The position numbers and the translations under genes are program-made. Below are positions 47,501 to 61,363 of a stretch of DNA of 64,000 nucleotides, piece by piece; position 1 is the stretch's first letter, and each line of letters starts with the position of its first letter. The notes below the pieces were generated by a model that was not told the origin of the DNA, made no database searches, and was given only the letters and a program-made list of their open reading frames with translations. The DNA comes from the human T2T-CHM13v2.0 reference genome, Homo sapiens: assembly GCF_009914755.1 (NCBI RefSeq), contig NC_060927.1; one strand, given 5' to 3'.

Positions 47501-49600
47501 CTGGAAAATAGTAATTAAACAGTTCATTCCAAAAGACCCCAATGTAAACTCTGCTCACATACATAATTTGTATAAGGAAAATGTATGAGTTTTTTTCTTA
47601 AAAATAAATAGAAGCATCATTGCATTTATAACAGATTGATCAATCTTATGAACAGATTACATTGGGAAAGTCACTATTATTGCTGTGTGTTTGTATATTT
47701 TATTCTTTCCTTTTTTGTGTGAGCATCTACTATGTGCCAGGCAGTGACTGTGTCTGAGTGAATGTATCCATGGTGAGCACTCAGGCGCCATCACTGCCTT
47801 CTTGGGGCTTACACCCTATTGGGGTGTCAGAGATATTATAACACTCAATATTGACCCAATGGGATGAAAATTGTTATCTTCATGATTTCTTCCAATGGGC
47901 TTAGATTTGTTGGGACAGGGCAGAATTAGAATAATTATTTCTCACATATAAGAGTAAGTGATATGAGATTGGGAATTTCTTGCCAACACTCAAGCAAACT
48001 GCAGAAGATAATTACTCCATTTTACTAGCTCACCTAGTTTCTGAAGGATGGGGTGGGGAGTGAGACATGGAGCCTCTGGGGACAAGGATAGGGGGGTGGG
48101 ACTGTCCCAGTGGAGGGTGCCACTGGAAGCCTCCACCCAAGTGGGCCAGCAGCTGTGCAAGGGTGCAGCAGTAGGCTGGTGAAAGCCAGGTTGTCCAGAT
48201 CTTTCTAGGGGAAGAGAAGGATTATAGAAAAGGAGAAAAGGGAGGAGCAAGAACATCTCTCCATGGCCTATTTTTATTTTTGTTCCCAAGAGACTAGTGT
48301 AATAACCTTATGCCCCCAAAGACAGCCCAGAACTGAGTATCTTCAGTGTTCCTGAGTGTAAATCAGTGAATCTGTTATATAGAAAGTTAACATTTCAGGA
48401 GCACAATTATTTCCTGATTTCAAATATGAACAGAAGACTAAATGTCATTTTTTTAAATCATAAATTTGGTATCCATAGTTACTTTACACATTCCAGAGTC
48501 TAAGCATGGAATTTAAGTTTTGTATTTTGAACAAAAATAGCAACATCTGTTTTCTGTATGGCAAAGAAAAACTAAATCCCAGACTTTTATTTTTAACCAC
48601 AGAAACCATCACTTCTTTCTAAATTATTTGCTTGCCTGCTCATTTCCCCTAAACATCTCTGTTTATGCCAATGGCTTTTTAAATCCAAATAATACTAGTT
48701 ATTGCCAAATTGCATTAGAATCCTATTGAATTAGAATAATTCATATACTTCATATACTAGGCAGTAAATGGTTAGAGACGGTAAAGATCTGATTGTGATC
48801 AAAAGTAGGGTTTTTGTTTTGTTTTTAATCATGAGCACATATAAAAGGAAATTCAAATGAAACCAAGCCAATTTCTGATTTAGTAAGATTAAAACCATAG
48901 ATGGAGCTCAGTTATTAAGGATGGAAAGGAGGAAAGCACAGAGTGAGGAGAGAAAAAGGGGAAGGAAAAAAAGTAGTGTTTTTTTGGGGAACAGTATAAT
49001 GTCTCAGAAGTTCTTCTCTCTTATCCTGCTGATGTTGAGACAGTGGCTTTGTATAAGCTTTTATTTATACCTATTTCAACATCATGAAAATTTTTCCATC
49101 AGCATTTTCTTGCAACTTTAAAAATCACAAGGGATTATTTGTTTATAAAGAGATACAGGATCTATAATTTATTGGCAATACTTTATTTTAGGAATCTTCA
49201 AATTGTACTTAATAAATAAATCACAGGTCAAAATGACTGTAAAATCAATCAGGCTTTCTCGTAAGTTATTTCCTGAAAACCATCCATGATAAATACAACA
49301 AGGCTTGGCGAAACCTCATTACTCTTGGAAGTCTTCAGAGGTTATTATACCTACTGATCTGTATTTGTCTCTAAGAGACATTTGAAACACAGTTACAATG
49401 TCAATTTGGTGTAACATTACCTGTAGTAGAGCTCAGAGTATATGGCAGTGCACAGTCACTCAAGATGCATGGCGTGTCATTTGGGTCGCTTTGATGGGTG
49501 CTCGGGTAGAATTAGCCTTGTAGAGACTAATGTGTTCATGCTATCTCTGATCCTGTGGTGTTGTATAAAAATGAACAGCTAAAAATTTACCCATGACAAG

Positions 49601-49617
49601 ATTAAAGCAAAAATAAA
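49601..49617 (+). terminator. PPM1L: Candidate distal PPM1L poly(A) signals ATTAAA (49601) and AATAAA (49612)
   Basis: Paired hexamers with upstream TGTA and U-rich downstream sequence, shortly before repeats resume. Confidence 0.55.
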
Positions 49618-50303
49618 CACAAAGTTGTTAGACTTTAAACATGAGACTGCTGGTATTCTTTTAAGTTAAACTCATTTTCCATTCTAACATCTGTTCTTGA
49701 ATTTTATAATTTCTCTATGCTTTTGAGTTGGAGTAGCTTGAGCTAGGGTTCTATGTGGAAAGCAAAGAAACAATTCATGGGTAGAGGATAAGACCAAAGC
49801 CTAACAGAAGCAAGAGGCAGGAGGTTTTGAGACTTTGGTGCTTTCATTTGGAATGGGAATAAGCCTGGCTCTGGTTCAAAACAAGGCAATTTATAAACAT
49901 ATATACAATGTATGCAACAAAAAATGTTTATTGTAAACCTAACACAACTTTTACCCAGCTTTATAGTAACACATCGACAAAGTTTATATAGTAATTACTA
50001 TAAGGTAACAAGGGTTACATTATACACAGATGTAGGCTCCAGCAACACAGCATGATGCACCTCTGAGAAAAGTGTTCAGAACAGAATATCCATCTGCAAA
50101 GGTTTTCACTCAATGCAGGAAGAAATACTGTAAAATTTGGAGACAGAATGAAATAGAGGTAAACTCTCTCCAGGATTCTAGACTCTGAAGAGTGGGTAGT
50201 ACTCATGGCTTAGGCCATATTGTAGTAACACGGTGACTTGGACTAACCATGTAGATGGAGTTCGTGGATTAGACAATTCTCAGAATTTTCTAGAAAAAGT
50301 TGG

Positions 50304-50450
50304 GGCCAGACATAGTGGCTCTCACCTGTAATACCTATACTTTGGGAGGCCAAGGCAGAAGGATCACTTGAGCTCAGGAGTTTGAGACCAGCCTGGTCAA
50401 CACAGTGAGACCCCATCTCTTAAAAAGAATAATTTTTTTTAAAAAAAAAG
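50304..50450 (+). mobile_element. FLAM_C
   Basis: Single left Alu monomer with A-rich tail. Confidence 0.75.
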
Positions 50451-51830
50451 GGGAAAGAAAAGGAGTTTGTTACGCAGACGAAACAATTGCCTACTCTACC
50501 TGCTTTCAAATTCAAGTCTGATAAATATAAAAGTTCATTTCTACCTATAAAATGCTTTTTTAAAAAATTATCTTGTTTATATGCTAAGGTTCACTAAAGG
50601 AGAAAAAAAAGGAAGTGCAAAAGTTTTAAAGGTACATATAAAAAGGGATTCACTACAAAAGTGAAGTTAAATTTCTCTCCTAATCCTACTATTCATTGAG
50701 CTATGAGATAGAGTGAACTATCACTTGATTTGTGAACACCAAATTAACCTCTACCTATAGTTTTTCAACTGTTCTTCTCCTGAAACCGTGAAAGACTTTT
50801 TAAAATAAATCAATCACAGCAGCCTTGAGGGATGGGAGAACTGCAAGATCTGTGTCCAGAGAAACAGTCATTGCAATGTGAATTTACCAGAAGTCAGAAA
50901 TTTTCCACCTTTTCATTTGTGAAGAGGGCAGAGTGAATGTTGTTAACATCAGGCCCAGAACCTACTTTGTGCCAGGTTCATAAAGTAAACCTTCCCTGAT
51001 GCTGTTCAGTGAGTAAGCAGTAAAAGGCAAGCAAATGTGACCCTGTCCTCTCTCCTCGTTCAAATGGGAAGACCTGGCTCCATATTGTGATGGCTTCATT
51101 AGTGAGAGATGTGTACACTCTTCAGGTTTGTAACCAGGATGCTGTGCCCCTTTCCGTGCTCCCAGCAGATAGGAATTCAGACTCTGCTGCCTGAAATGGA
51201 AGGTAATCACCTATTGAGGAGCAAGGAAGAGAGGAACAGAAGGCATTTTTTAATTTCCGCTATCCCCAATCCATCAGTGTGGGCTGCTCACTCAGGCTGG
51301 GATCCATTCTCCAACAAGATGCATCCCAGAGCATGGAGCTCCTGTGTCACGGACAAGCTGCTTTCTATCTGCCTCATAGGAAATTGGGTTTATCTCTTCA
51401 CTTCGGCCCCGCTCATCATTGGCGCTGACCCTCAGGAAGAGGAAAACTGTTTCGTATGTTCCTAAACTTTGGATGCCCTCAGCTGTAACAGACCACTGCA
51501 CCCACCATGGTGGTGAACTCACATATGCAGGGGCAAGAAGTCTGTGGTCACAGGGTTGGTTCAGTGGCTCAATGATGCCATCAAGAGCCAGGGTCTCCAC
51601 CTCAGCCACTGCCCTGGCCTTTAGGCTGTTCTCATGGGACCCACACGGTTGCTTCAGATACTATCATTGCAGACACAACATCTGGCCAAAGAAAAGAATT
51701 TCTCCTTTGTCTTTATTAGAAAGGAATACCCCCAGAAGCCCACCAGCAGACATCGCCTGGGGTCCCACTGGCTGGGATTGGTTCACATGTCAAAGCATGA
51801 GGGGCAACAAAGGCTGGTAAAGGGCAGTGG

Positions 51831-52035
51831 CAGCCTGAGCAACATAGTAAGCCCCATCTCTACAAAGTTTTTGAATAATTAGCCAGGTGTGGTGGCACAC
51901 GCCTGTAGTCCCAGATACTTGGGGGGTGCTGAGGTGGATCACTTGGACCCAAAAGCTCGAGGCTGTAGTAAAGCTATGATCGTGCCACTGTATTCCAGCC
52001 TGAGCGACAGAGCGAGACCGTCTTAAACAACAAAA
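51831..52035 (+). mobile_element. AluJ fragment
   Basis: CAGCCTGAGCAACATAGTAAG...right arm...GAGACCGTCTTAAA. Confidence 0.7.
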
Positions 52036-53726
52036 GTGACTGAGGATGGGAGGCAGCCCCTGCCTGCACAGAAGAAAGCGGGATGGTGGGCACGTGAGGC
52101 TGGGGGCTTACCGGCAAACACAGCATTTGGCCTGCACCGCAGCAGCCTTTGCTCATAACATTTTGATGCCACTTTTTACCTTTACCTAAATTTGTTAATG
52201 TATTTGTTAAAACATCTGTGTTATAAAAATGATTTATCCTCATTGTTGAGAATGTAATAAAAGGTACTTTTAAAGTAGGAAGAAATCTTTTGAGAGGCAT
52301 TTTCTGTTCAAATTTTGTTATATTTTCATCCTGTTTCTGTAGTTTGTACATATGTTGCAAGAGAGGGAAGAGTGGCATTTAGAACCATCACAGCAGCTGC
52401 TGCAACCTTTTAAAAGAATGACAAAATTTATCTTTAGAGAAGTTGATTTCCTTTTATCTGGGAAATGCCTTGAATGAGTTTTTTTGGGGGGAGTGTGGGG
52501 GGGGAGAAATGTTAAGCAGCATTCACCCCTGCCTTGCTTCCCACATGGTCTGAAAGGAGAAAGTGAAACAGAAAGAGGGCTAAGTGGAAAGGAGTTTTGG
52601 AAATTACTCGTTGATAACCTCAAGCAGGGGTAAGGCCCGGCATGTATAGAGGAGTGGCCAGATGTGAGGAGAGAAGTCTTGGCCCCGGGGCCACAGACAA
52701 TGGGAAATTTCCTTGGTGAGAAATGTTTTAATTATCGTAAGAAAGCATCCCCAAAGTTGGCAGCATTAGGCAAAAATTCTTTCTTACATTTCTGGTTTAC
52801 AGGGCCTAAATTGGGGTCTGTTGCAGAGTTGTCTGGCATTGTCTGAAGGCTCCCTCTCCCTTTCAGACACTGAGTGTGGCAGCTTACAGTACGACTGCAC
52901 TCAGTTTTTCATTCCCCATTCTGTGGAACAATACATTCCTGCATGCTGCAACATCACTTGCAGTTACTTCCTGCAAGAGAAATATACTTCCCCACCTCAG
53001 TGACACTGGGCTTGGCAAGGGATTCATCTCAGCCAGTGGATGTATTAATATATGCCACTGTGCTTCCACCAGCTTTTTAATTTCCTTCTATAAGAACAGC
53101 ATGTTCCAAACGGGCTGCCCATCAGCCTGGATCCTGGAATGAAAAAGACATAGAGCAGGGTTGCAGCCAACCACTGCCATGCAACTGAGTGAAAACATTG
53201 GTTGTCATCAAGTCTGAGATTTGGGCGTTACTGTAGCATTTGTGACCCTTAGCAAAGCTAACTAATGTGCTAAAAGTCACAAACTCAACACCTGCAGACA
53301 AGGAAAGCAAGTGAGGCAGAGGGTGTGTGAAACTATGGGGATGGCAGGGCTAAGGCAGATGGGACCAAATCAGCCCAAGGATAAGCTCCAGTATTAAACG
53401 TTGTTATATGAGTTAAAATTTTTAAAGCTGCTGATTTGGTTAAACACCAGGTCATGATTTTAATAACACAGCTAATATTTACTTCCTGAAAGCTTAATAT
53501 AGTTGAAAACAAAAAATATAATGACCCAATCTCTTAATGTTTTCCTAATCATTTAACTTTGTAGGTTCTTTTAGGCACCAATCTTCAGTTCAAAAGAAAC
53601 AATCTTCTGAAACTTGTTTGTTTTTTTTTTGTTTTTTGGTCTTTTCTAAAAGTGAAAGGGAATTATTTTTTATGTTAAAAGTTCTCTCTAGAAATGTTTT
53701 GAGTTAGCTTCCCAAACATCGATATA

Positions 53727-54877
53727 CAGAAATGTGGCACTTAGCAATGGAGATACATTCTGAGAAATAGGTGATTTTGTCGTTGTGCAAACATTAGAGT
53801 GTACTTACACAAACGTAGATGGCATAGCCTACTATACACCTAGGCTACATGGTAGAGCCTATCGCTTCTAGGCTATAAACCTGTACAGAATGTTACTGTA
53901 CTGAATACTTACTGTTGGAAACTGTCACACAATGGTACTGGTGTATCTAAAATAGAAAAAGCACAGTAAAAAAAACCAAACAGTATAAAAGATAAAAAAT
54001 AGTACACCTGTATAGGGAGGGCACTTACCATTAATAGAGCTTGCAGGGGTGGAAGTTGCTCTGTGTGAGTCACTAAGTGAGTGGTGGGTGAATGTGAAGG
54101 CCTCAAACATTACTGTGCACTACTGTAGACTTTACAAACATGGCACATTTAAAGTAGGCCACACTAAATTCATTTAACAATTTTCTTTCTTCAGTAATTA
54201 ACCTTAACTCACCGTAACTTAACTTTACAAACTTTCAAACTTTGACTCTTTTGTCAAAGTTTTTTGACACTTAGCTTAAATTTAAAACACAAACATCTTG
54301 TAAAACTGCACAAAAATATCTTTATATCCTTATTCTGTAAGTTTTTTCCTATTTTAAACTTTATTTTTCTACTTTTTAAACTTTGTTAAAAACTTAAGAC
54401 ACAAACACACACATTAGCCTAGGCCCACAGGGTCAGGATCATCAGTATCACTGTCTTCTATCACCACATCTTGTCTCACTGGAAGGTCTTCAGGAGAAAT
54501 AGCATGAATGGAGCTGTCATCTCCTATGATAACAATGCTTTCTTCTGGAATACCTCCTGAAGGACCTGCCCAAGGCTCTATTAAACATTTTTTTAATAAG
54601 TAGGAATAGAACACTCTAATTATAAAAAGTAAATACACAAACCGGTGTCATTTATTGTCATTATCAGTATTACATACTGTACATAACTGAATGTGCTGTA
54701 CTTTTATACAACTGGCAGTGTAGTAGGTTTGTTTACACCAGCATCTCCACAGACACGTGAGTAATGCACTAGGCTATGACATTAAAACGGCTAAAACATC
54801 ATGAGGCAATAGATTTTCTGCTCCATTATAATTTTATGGGACCACTATTGTATATGTCATTATGCAGTACATAACTG
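53727..54877 (-). mobile_element. Tigger3b-like (MER7/Golem family) DNA transposon, near full length
   Basis: Flanked by TA dinucleotides (53725-26, 54878-79) with CAG...CTG ends; minus strand retains a transposase C-terminal remnant (GPSGGIPEESIVIIGDDSS...EDSDTDDPDPV). Confidence 0.85.
54651..54656 (-). terminator. B3GALNT1: Candidate distal B3GALNT1 poly(A) signal (AATAAA on - strand) inside Tigger3b
   Basis: TTTATT on +, about 1.85 kb downstream of the stop codon; T/GT-rich sequence follows on the minus strand. Confidence 0.55.
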
Positions 54878-56495
54878 TAATCTTCTGCAAAACCAGTCAA
54901 ATCTAACCATGCCACAAAAATAACTACCACCATCTGTCTTAAAGAACGTGACTCCTATATGGATGGAGATTAACAAGGGCATAGATCGATTCTATAGAAT
55001 ATTTCATTTAATTGATTTTATTATAACTGGATTAGGTCTGAGCCCTGGGAAACAGACATCACCTTGTTATACAGAATCACACATTATAGTTTTAACTGAA
55101 GTTGTTTTTCATATAGGACAATCATAAATATGAGTATTACAAGAGCTGACTACATACTTTCAAGTTTATATTTCCTGACAAAGGATATGACCTTTTTCCA
55201 TCCTGTAATTCAGAGAAAAAGAACCACTTGCCCTATATAAACTCTAAAAAGAAAACTGCATAAACCCAGGAACAGGGGGCAAGGAGTGCTCCCCTTTGAC
55301 CTACTATTAGCAGGTCCAACAAATGATATATCACCACGTCTATGAAGAAATTTCTTTCTATAAAAGCACAAAATTTAAATCGGATTTGACTTTACATATT
55401 AGGGCTTTCATCTTGATGAGAAACTCATAACAGCAGCAGCTCAAACTGATTGTTAAAAGGAAAAAACACAGGGCAGATTAATAATGCAACTTGGATCTTC
55501 ACTCTTCTCTTTCCAATTCAAATGCTGGAATATGACACTCTTTTTATAATATTCTGCCCATGAGGTTCTCTCCCTTCTTTTCTGCCTTCAGAGTCCTTTC
55601 CAAAAGGAAATTACTGCCTTGCATTCTACATTATTCCTAATTTCCAGGTGGAAAAATGAGACAAATTAAGTGACTTCTAAAAACACTAGGAACTGTATTT
55701 TTTAAAAACAAGACAATACTTCAGATTTTCTTGCTTTAATTCTTCTCTATATTACCACAGTAAAATATTTAACAAAGTCCAAGAGATTACTGATATGCAA
55801 TAATGACCTATGACTTTACATTAATGGAGTGATGTATCAATAATAAACTGATCAGTTAAGTAACTGGAAAATGTTTGCATGTAAAGAATGATTCACTATC
55901 CTTTTTATCTTGTATTGAAATCGTCAAAACATTTAAAAACACAAAGTTGAAGTAATTTTAAATAATAATAACTGTGAAATACTGCAACATCTTGAAGTAC
56001 TTTATAAATGACCAAAAACAGGTAAAATTTTGTTCAGTATAACTTCAGTGAAGAAGTTTTTTGACACAGAACTACATATATTTTTAAATTGGTAATCCAC
56101 ATAAGATATACACAAAACCTTCAAGTGACTACATTGTTCAATAAATAAAACTCTACATTGTTTTGTTTTTACAGCCTAGTGAGCTTATAACTCAGTAACA
56201 CCCTTTTAAGAAATTCTAGTCTACAGAATGACATGTCCAAATTGTTTGGTCCTATTAATTTCTTTAGCAAAAACCTCCAATTCCTTTATATTTAATTCCT
56301 CCACATATCATCTTTGAAGGGCCTGACTAATAAATCACAAGTGTAACCCTCCAGTCTCCAGTCTGGGTTTTTCATGAGTTTCAGTTCAGTGTAAGCCAGC
56401 ACACTGACCTCCCCATGAATTTTCCACAGTACCTACTTTATTTAACACTTTCCACAAAGTATCCTGTCCTTCTAGGCTTTTTGTAGAATGTGAAG

Positions 56496-57491
56496 TTAAT
56501 AATGGCATGTGGTGTTCCTTAGCATGACCTGCCAAAAAGTGATGATCTCCTTGGAAGAAAAGCCATGGGCTGCAATCACACGTCTCAGTTGACAGACATC
56601 CAAATGGATTCTATATAGAAAGAAAAGATTTGTGTCTTCTGGAATATGAATGTTCACTTTTAATAAATTCAAACAGATCCCGACATAAACATCTTCAAAC
56701 TTGATGGGTTTTACGTGACCCATCATTTCATAGATCCTTGGCACCAAATCTCTGGACATTATATAACCCAACCCACTGCAGTATGGAGGGAACACCTTGA
56801 AAGGATACTCCTGGTAAGAAATATGGGTTTTTTGGTAAAATCCTCTATAGGAATAATTATCAATTAGAGGATAACCTGTGAAAAACTTCTCTGAGTGGTT
56901 TAGGTTTAAAAGATACTTCACTAAATTGCCAGTATTGATGAAAACATCAGTGTCTGTCTTCATTACGTACTTGGCATTGGGGCAAAACTCAGTTACCCAC
57001 CTGAATGCCATAATGGTTTTCAAGGTCAGGTTATTATATGTGTCTAAAAAATCTTGTCGGATTATGTCACCATAAAGAAGGTGTTCATCCTCTAAGGACA
57101 ATGCCAACATTTTGTCTTCCTTTTCAGCCTCTTGGCCTAATAAGAAAAATGTAAGAACCTCATATCCCCACCAAGACTTTTTTTCACCCCAAGTAACTCT
57201 AATGGCCTGCCTGGCTTTCACATCTGAAGGGTGGGAGGTCACCAGAATGACCAGAAATGGATTTTGATGAGAGCAGTTTGAATGCTCTCGAAGTGTGAAG
57301 TGAAAGTCTTGTCTGTAAATCGGCTCATACTCATAGAAGTACATCCAGTTCACGCGTTCTATCACATTGTAGTGGGGAAGGCTGAGGTACCACATCACAA
57401 AGAAACTCAGGAGTGACAGCAGCAGGAGGCTCCATTTGAGGGATCTCAGTGACATCCTACTCGGAAGGACAGTCCAGAGAGCCGAGGCCAT
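56496..57491 (-). CDS. B3GALNT1: Beta-1,3-N-acetylgalactosaminyltransferase 1 (globoside/P-antigen synthase, GT31), 331 aa, single coding exon
   Basis: MASALWTVLPSRMSLRSLKW followed by a signal-anchor (SLLLLSLLSFFVMWYL); GT31 motifs RQAIRVTWG, DTYNNLTLK, KTDTDVF (DxD), FPPYCSGLGY, EDVYVG; intact frame to TAA. Confidence 0.97.
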   Translation of the reverse strand: MASALWTVLPSRMSLRSLKWSLLLLSLLSFFVMWYLSLPHYNVIERVNWMYFYEYEPIYRQDFHFTLREHSNCSHQNPFLVILVTSHPSDVKARQAIRVTWGEKKSWWGYEVLTFFLLGQEAEKEDKMLALSLEDEHLLYGDIIRQDFLDTYNNLTLKTIMAFRWVTEFCPNAKYVMKTDTDVFINTGNLVKYLLNLNHSEKFFTGYPLIDNYSYRGFYQKTHISYQEYPFKVFPPYCSGLGYIMSRDLVPRIYEMMGHVKPIKFEDVYVGICLNLLKVNIHIPEDTNLFFLYRIHLDVCQLRRVIAAHGFSSKEIITFWQVMLRNTTCHY

Positions 57492-57527
57492 CCACAGCAG
57501 CTCAGAAGCACGCGAGCCGAAGGTTCT
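57492..57527 (-). other. B3GALNT1: B3GALNT1 last-exon 5'UTR (34 nt) and splice acceptor
   Basis: Minus strand TAACTCTTCCAG|AACCTTCGG; AG at 57527-57526, exon starts at 57525. Confidence 0.75.
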
Positions 57528-60329
57528 GGAAGAGTTATCAAAGATTGGGTTAATATTCCACACCGAAAACACATTTTCAAAAGACATCTGACTATCTACT
57601 CAAGGAGAAAGAGTAGGAGAACAGAATCTCCAGAGTAAAACAAAAAATCCTGACTTGAATCTACTTCATTTAACTGTAAGCAAATAGAAACCAATAACCA
57701 AAAATCTATTTTAGCTTCTTACATCAAGACCAAGGTTAAAACATATCCTTTGATTATTTTGTAGTAGTTATCCTACTCTACCTAAATTAACAGTTTACTG
57801 TTAAATATAATTCTATCCTAGGTGCAGATATGATAGGGACAGAAAGAGATGGGTAATGATGGGTTAAAAAATAAATCTACCATAAAAACAAATAAATAAA
57901 ATGTATCTCCTCTTTATAACTATAAAAAAAGAAGGATTTAATTCAAGGGGATGTTACTAGCCACATGCCCAAATAAACGAAGGGTCTTTCTCAGCTGTGT
58001 GTTCTGATACGGATTCTAGCAAATCTGGATAAGAAAAACCCTATAGTGATCATTATTCTATTCTTAGTGACTGCTGATGTGGGATAAGGCAGAGATTCTT
58101 CACCTGAAAGGCAAGTCCTCCAGACACAAATAGGATCATCTCTCTTGAGTTTTCAAACACTGACTATGAAACAGCTTTTACCTGCCCCAAACACCACCTC
58201 TCCCCTCCTTTTACCTCATTGGTTAAACTCAATGCTCAGTCTGCATAGCAACTGTTTAAATCAAAGGCCCGTCCTTAGTATTAAGTTTTCACATTTCCCA
58301 TTCCAACCTCTTCAGAAATCACACACCCAATCAGAATCATGGGATGGAAACTCCTAAAACACTTGCTTTTACACAGAAGCTCCAGCTGAGACAAGAGGAG
58401 GCACAGAACATTCAGATTGTGAAGTGACAGCTCTGTTCCTGATCTCAAGGCAGAGGGTGGTTTATAATTCGGGATTCCATAGAGCTTTCCTTGCACCATG
58501 AGCATAGACTTCAGTCTAAGGGCATTCATGTATGTATATTTACTGGACATCTGCTTCCAAAGACCAGGCACTAAGGAGACCAAAGGAAGTAGGAGACGGG
58601 AGAAAGAAGAAATCCCAAGACAACGTATAAACATGGCAGCACAGTGCAGTACATACTGTTTACATCAAATGCTAAGGAACTTTAGCATAAGGGACAGATG
58701 AACAACATGAGGAAGGGTGGGCTGAGGAGGCTGCTGGCAGGTGCCCTTTTACCCACAATTATATGGGGGAGGGTTCTTGGAAAGCTGGAATTAACTATGG
58801 AGGACAGACATTAATGTCCTTATGGGAAGGCTAGTCTACCAAGGGTTCTACCTTGGGTCAACTTTAGGGTCTCTGGACATACAGCTCCTCTGTCTCTTAA
58901 TACATATGAAAATAACAGGATTTCAAGGCTCCTTGTCCTCTTCATCTGGTCATCTCTTACCTGCCCTGATTACGTCTCACCACAATTATCTTTTCTATAT
59001 GTAATGCTTTCCATATTTTAACCCACACAACGCAATGTAATGTTTTAGCAAACTCTCTCCAGTTTGGTTCCACGTATATGTGTCTTGCCTCTCCACTTAC
59101 ATTCTATGACCTTGTTGGCAAAAACAATTTTTCTCTCAGGAGTCAAAGTGCAAGACAAAGGGAGGCCTACAGCAGGAGTGCAATGGACACTGAGGCTTGA
59201 TATGCTATCTCCATTTGTAAAAGGATAAAATATAGATCTGTCCACCCACCTCCTATCCTCCCCTATCCCCTTTACTTGCCATACACTGCCAATCCCAGAA
59301 AAAAACCTGAAATGGAATAGTTTGAGAGCAAGAATTATGAAAGTAATTAACACTGCCTTTATACGTTTTCTCCTCACCTGGCTACTGGGCACTACGCAAC
59401 CCTTGAGGGAACCATTTACAACTCAGCCACTAACGACTTGTACATTTATGACAACAAATATCTCATTCTAACAAATCAGCATATTTCAACAGATTTTGGA
59501 AAAACAGAAGGCAAGTGTTGTAAGAGGTGCCATTTATAATTGCATATGGATGATGGGGGCCCTACTACTCTTCAATAATGGGAAGAACTTAAAATGGCAA
59601 ATCTTATTATAAAAGTTATTTTTTGCACATTCTATAAGCCATAGTTTCTAAATGTGAGAATGTGACTATGGTTATGATGTCTATCATTTATGGACCCATG
59701 AATAAAATAAAGCAGCAGCAAAAAGAGGAGAAACTATCTAGTCCAAAAGCAAGGAACGGACTCTAAAGAACTGGCCAGAACAGACTAGGTCACCTACAAC
59801 ACAGGTGGCTCCAAAGCCAGCCACCAAAGTCCACTCTCCAGCTCTGTCCTTTACCAACCAGGATGAATGGGTATGTTATGTATCTCTTGAAGCCTCAGTT
59901 TCCTGTCTCTATATTGAAGATATTAATATAGTGCAAATTAGTGATAATATATGCAAAACTTCTGGCCTGTGTTAGGTATTCAACAAACAGAAGCTGTTAT
60001 TATCAGCTGTGGTTCTACCCTTGGCATCATTTCCATTCTATTTGTGTTCTCTAAAATGATTCTTACTGTCAAAATAGATTATCCTGAAAAGGAGGGAGGG
60101 GCAAAAAATTTTTTCATGTGGTTAAAAAATGTAACTAAAATACTAGGTAAAAATGACATGATGGCTACAAAAAGATGTTTCATAGGAAAAGTAAAATATG
60201 CTAACATTCTTAGTATATTTTAACAAAGAGATATGAATAAACCTTCACATTTTGCTAAAAACTTCATTTAAGAATGTACATTAACCTTTACATTGATCAC
60301 TGAAAGAACAAATATAGAACACTATCTTC

Positions 60330-61340
<1,011 letters not shown>

Positions 61341-61363
61341 TTCTTAAAAATTTGTTTAGAAGC

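Larger units (their letters stand above)
39895..49640 (+). other. PPM1L: PPM1L 3'UTR (long form; end inferred)
   Basis: Repeat-poor region after the stop codon, in contrast to the upstream intron, with several poly(A) signals; end placed after the ATTAAA/AATAAA pair. Confidence 0.6.

Noticed and set aside
54414-54638. 74-aa acidic ORF
   Set aside because: Remnant of the Tigger3 transposase C-terminus, with no catalytic domain.
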